Shown here: positions 61,604-64,000 of the stretch, piece after piece
Layout: each line of letters starts with the position of its first letter
How positions within the stretch are numbered: position 1 is the stretch's first letter
Notes under the pieces: generated by a model
What the model saw: only the letters and a program-made list of their open reading frames with translations
Databases searched by the model: none
Told to the model about the DNA's origin: nothing
Program-made: the position numbers and the translations under genes
NCBI GenBank assembly: GCA_963663385.2
Contig: CAXXXD010000002.1
Span: forward strand, 960,001-1,024,000
DNA length: 64,000 bases
Direction: 5' to 3'
DNA from: Oceanispirochaeta sp.
GTDB lineage: Bacteria; Spirochaetota; Spirochaetia; DSM-2461

Positions 61604-63319
61604 ATGAGTAAAATTCAGAGGTCTACCATGAAAAGGAGTTCCGGCCGTGTTCTGGTTCTCTGGGGACGTTCCGAAAAGGAACTGCCTCCAAAGCCCGGGA
61701 ACCCCGAGTCTCTGAATAAGGAAGACAGGGATTACTGGTATGATAAGGAGTATGCCGGGTGGGATGCCGCTAAAATCAATATACCTGTTTCTCCTTCCGA
61801 TGGCGCCGCGGGGAAATATGTTATTTATATACAGCCCGGCCCTCACCATTATATGGATGAATATGCCGGGAATCTGAAAAAAAAAGCGGCTGCGGCCGGG
61901 ATCCGTCTGGATATTCTGGAATCCTACTGGGATGATAACCAGTTTGACAGGAATGTCAGCCGTGCCATTGCGGAGAAGCCGGATCTGATTCTGCTTAATC
62001 CGGAAAACCAGGGGAAGAGCAATTTCTGGTACCGGAAAATCAATGAAGCGGGGATTCCTGTTATCGGAGGCAATTTCCTTCCCGATAACGAGGGGTTTTC
62101 CTACCTGCTGGCCTGGACCGGTCCCGACGACTGGGGGCAGATACGGCTTCTGGCCAGAGACCTGGCAGAAAGAATGAACTGCCGGGGGAATTACGCCATT
62201 CTTCAGCACCGGGAAGGCACTTCCAGCTATTTTGCCCGAACCTGGGGGTTCATAAGCGAAATGAAAAGCCGGGCCCCCGGGATGAACTGCCTCGACTGCC
62301 GTTCTCCCGGGATGGATCGGAAAAAAGCCTGTTCTACTGTTATGGATTGGATCGCCCGTTACGGAAGGGATCTCCAGGCTATTCTCAGCTCTGATGATGA
62401 ACAGGTCCTTCTGGGGGTGGTGGATGCCCTGAAAGAAACAGGACGGGAGGATATCCTTACTGTGGCTCCCGGCAGCAGCCGAACAGGATTGGAGCTGCTG
62501 AAACAGGGAAAGGTGGAGGCCCTTACCTATCAGAGCGCTGCAGTGGACGGCAGTATCGCCATGGAGACCATTATTGACTGGTTCGAAGGGGTGCCGGTGG
62601 AGCCGATTCGTTATCTGCCCCAGTACATCATCCACCGGGAGGAAGCTTCTGATTTTCTGAATGCCATCGAGTCTGTGGAAGCCGTGAATCTTGAAACTCT
62701 CTACCGGGGAATTGAAAGCTGCGACTGGGAAGGTGTCTATGGCTTTTTCGGAGATGCCTACCAGATTTTTCTGAAAAAAATGATAATCCCTACAGAAATG
62801 TTTCAGGCCTTCTGCCTGGAGATCCTGACAAACCTGATTCTGATCCTGAACGGCAAAGGTCTTGAAGTTGAGGAAACTATCGGTTCCTATGAGCGCATGA
62901 TAAAGCATCTGCTGCTGGATGAGGATATCGGGAGTGTTCTGGAATGGCTTAACGGTCTGTCTCAAAGTGTTATTCGTCAGATTATGATCAGCCGTAATCA
63001 GAAAACCCCCATCCAGCAGATCATTGATTATGTGGAGGAACACTACTGTGAACCCCTCTCGCTTAAAACACTGGCCCGGGATTTCATGGTTTCTCCCGTT
63101 TATCTGGGACAGCTGTTTCGCAAAGAAACAGGAGAGAAGTTCAATGATTATCTTAACAGGAAAAGGGTGGAAGAAGCCTGTTTCAGGTTGGGCGGGGATA
63201 ATGCCAGGGCCAGTTCCATCGCTCTTGATCTGGGTTTTTCCGATCCGGCCTACTTCTATAAAATCTTCAAAAAATATACGGGAAAATCCGTCTCGGAATT
63301 TGTTAGGGAACAGCTCTGA
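61604..63319 (+). CDS. Sugar-binding-protein / AraC HTH fusion regulator (paralogue 3)
   Basis: AWTGPDDWGQ, C-terminal VYLGQLFRKETG...LGFSDPAYFYKIFKK; start uncertain (61601/61604/61628). Confidence 0.85.
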   Translation: MSKIQRSTMKRSSGRVLVLWGRSEKELPPKPGNPESLNKEDRDYWYDKEYAGWDAAKINIPVSPSDGAAGKYVIYIQPGPHHYMDEYAGNLKKKAAAAGIRLDILESYWDDNQFDRNVSRAIAEKPDLILLNPENQGKSNFWYRKINEAGIPVIGGNFLPDNEGFSYLLAWTGPDDWGQIRLLARDLAERMNCRGNYAILQHREGTSSYFARTWGFISEMKSRAPGMNCLDCRSPGMDRKKACSTVMDWIARYGRDLQAILSSDDEQVLLGVVDALKETGREDILTVAPGSSRTGLELLKQGKVEALTYQSAAVDGSIAMETIIDWFEGVPVEPIRYLPQYIIHREEASDFLNAIESVEAVNLETLYRGIESCDWEGVYGFFGDAYQIFLKKMIIPTEMFQAFCLEILTNLILILNGKGLEVEETIGSYERMIKHLLLDEDIGSVLEWLNGLSQSVIRQIMISRNQKTPIQQIIDYVEEHYCEPLSLKTLARDFMVSPVYLGQLFRKETGEKFNDYLNRKRVEEACFRLGGDNARASSIALDLGFSDPAYFYKIFKKYTGKSVSEFVREQL

Positions 63320-63548
63320 ATGATCTGTTCCCCCGGCCGTCCGGAGTTCCGGGAAACTGCTGTACCCTGACCGAACAGACCGAAACAGGCAATATGGGAT
63401 TAATAAATAAGGGTAAATTGTGAAAAATCCTTATTTTTTGCAGTTTTTTATATAATTTTTCCGGTAGCGGAGAAAAAAAAACGGCTCCTACAATGATATA
63501 TACCCGCCTGAAACGGAACGGGACTTATCTATTCAAAGGAGTTTTTAA

Positions 63549-64000
63549 GTGAAAAAATTACTAACTGTTTTATTGACAATCACACTGAGTTTTGCCTTGT
63601 TTGCAAATGGACAGCAGGAAGCCGGATCCGGTATGAGTGATGATCAAAAGCAGGCAAACCTTGCAGCGTCCAAAGCCATTGATATTTCCAATGTGCGCGG
63701 AAGTGACGGTCAGCTTCTGCTGATGTACGGTGAAACAAGACCTGTGCCTCCCAAACCCGCCGATAAAGCGCTGGCCGATATGTGGAGCCTGGAATATGCC
63801 GGTCGTCAGACCAAGAAACTTCCTATGATCGAATCCCCCAGGGATGGTATTATCGGAAAGAAAATTGTCATGATCCAGCAGTCGGAACATCCCTACTGGA
63901 CCGCCGTAAGTAACGGATCCAAACTGGCTTGTGAAGCCTATATGGCTGAATTCGAGCTGTGGAACCCCAATGGTGACCTGAACCAGCAGAACCAGTATGT
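63549..64000 (+). CDS. Periplasmic sugar ABC substrate-binding protein, 3'-truncated by window edge (absent from ORF track)
   Basis: AAGGAG SD, GTG start, MKKLLTVLLTITLSFALFANGQQE signal, PPKP..WSLEYAG..SPRDG..GKKI..HPYW; open to window end. Confidence 0.85.
   Translation, partial: MKKLLTVLLTITLSFALFANGQQEAGSGMSDDQKQANLAASKAIDISNVRGSDGQLLLMYGETRPVPPKPADKALADMWSLEYAGRQTKKLPMIESPRDGIIGKKIVMIQQSEHPYWTAVSNGSKLACEAYMAEFELWNPNGDLNQQNQY

Noticed and set aside
61598..63043. 481-aa minus-strand ORF
   Set aside because: Antisense shadow of the SBP-AraC gene

Overview
Bacterial chromosomal window, probably from a free-living spirochaete (Spirochaetia). This is inferred from the FANGQ/FAAGQQE signal motifs on solute-binding proteins and an archaeal-type UMP kinase beside lolA-rodZ-rimO. 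In order, it holds: a MacAB-TolC-type exporter (1-5.6 kb); an AT-richer signalling cluster with an MCP, HD-GYP regulator and two hybrid kinases (5.6-15 kb); GH4/LacI; a housekeeping block (pyrH, lolA, rodZ, rimO, uvrD/pcrA, rplM, rpsI, recX, acyP); a stand-alone SIR2-like gene; an AT-rich sugar/polyol ABC island; DUF2023-flavodoxin; an ABC-sulfatase-mutarotase operon; a non-pyrrolysine MtmB-like methyltransferase with a permease behind a structured leader; enolase; and a large anaerobic catabolic locus (atypical glycyl radical enzyme plus activase, three SBP-AraC fusion regulators, two UroD-like proteins, an ABC binding protein). The standout is an intact IS110-family element (55659-57039). 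Its upstream non-coding region reads as a bridge/seekRNA whose guide segments match its own insertion site and donor junction. It has inserted into a Shine-Dalgarno sequence and rebuilt it. All calls come from reading motifs by eye; no database searches were run.
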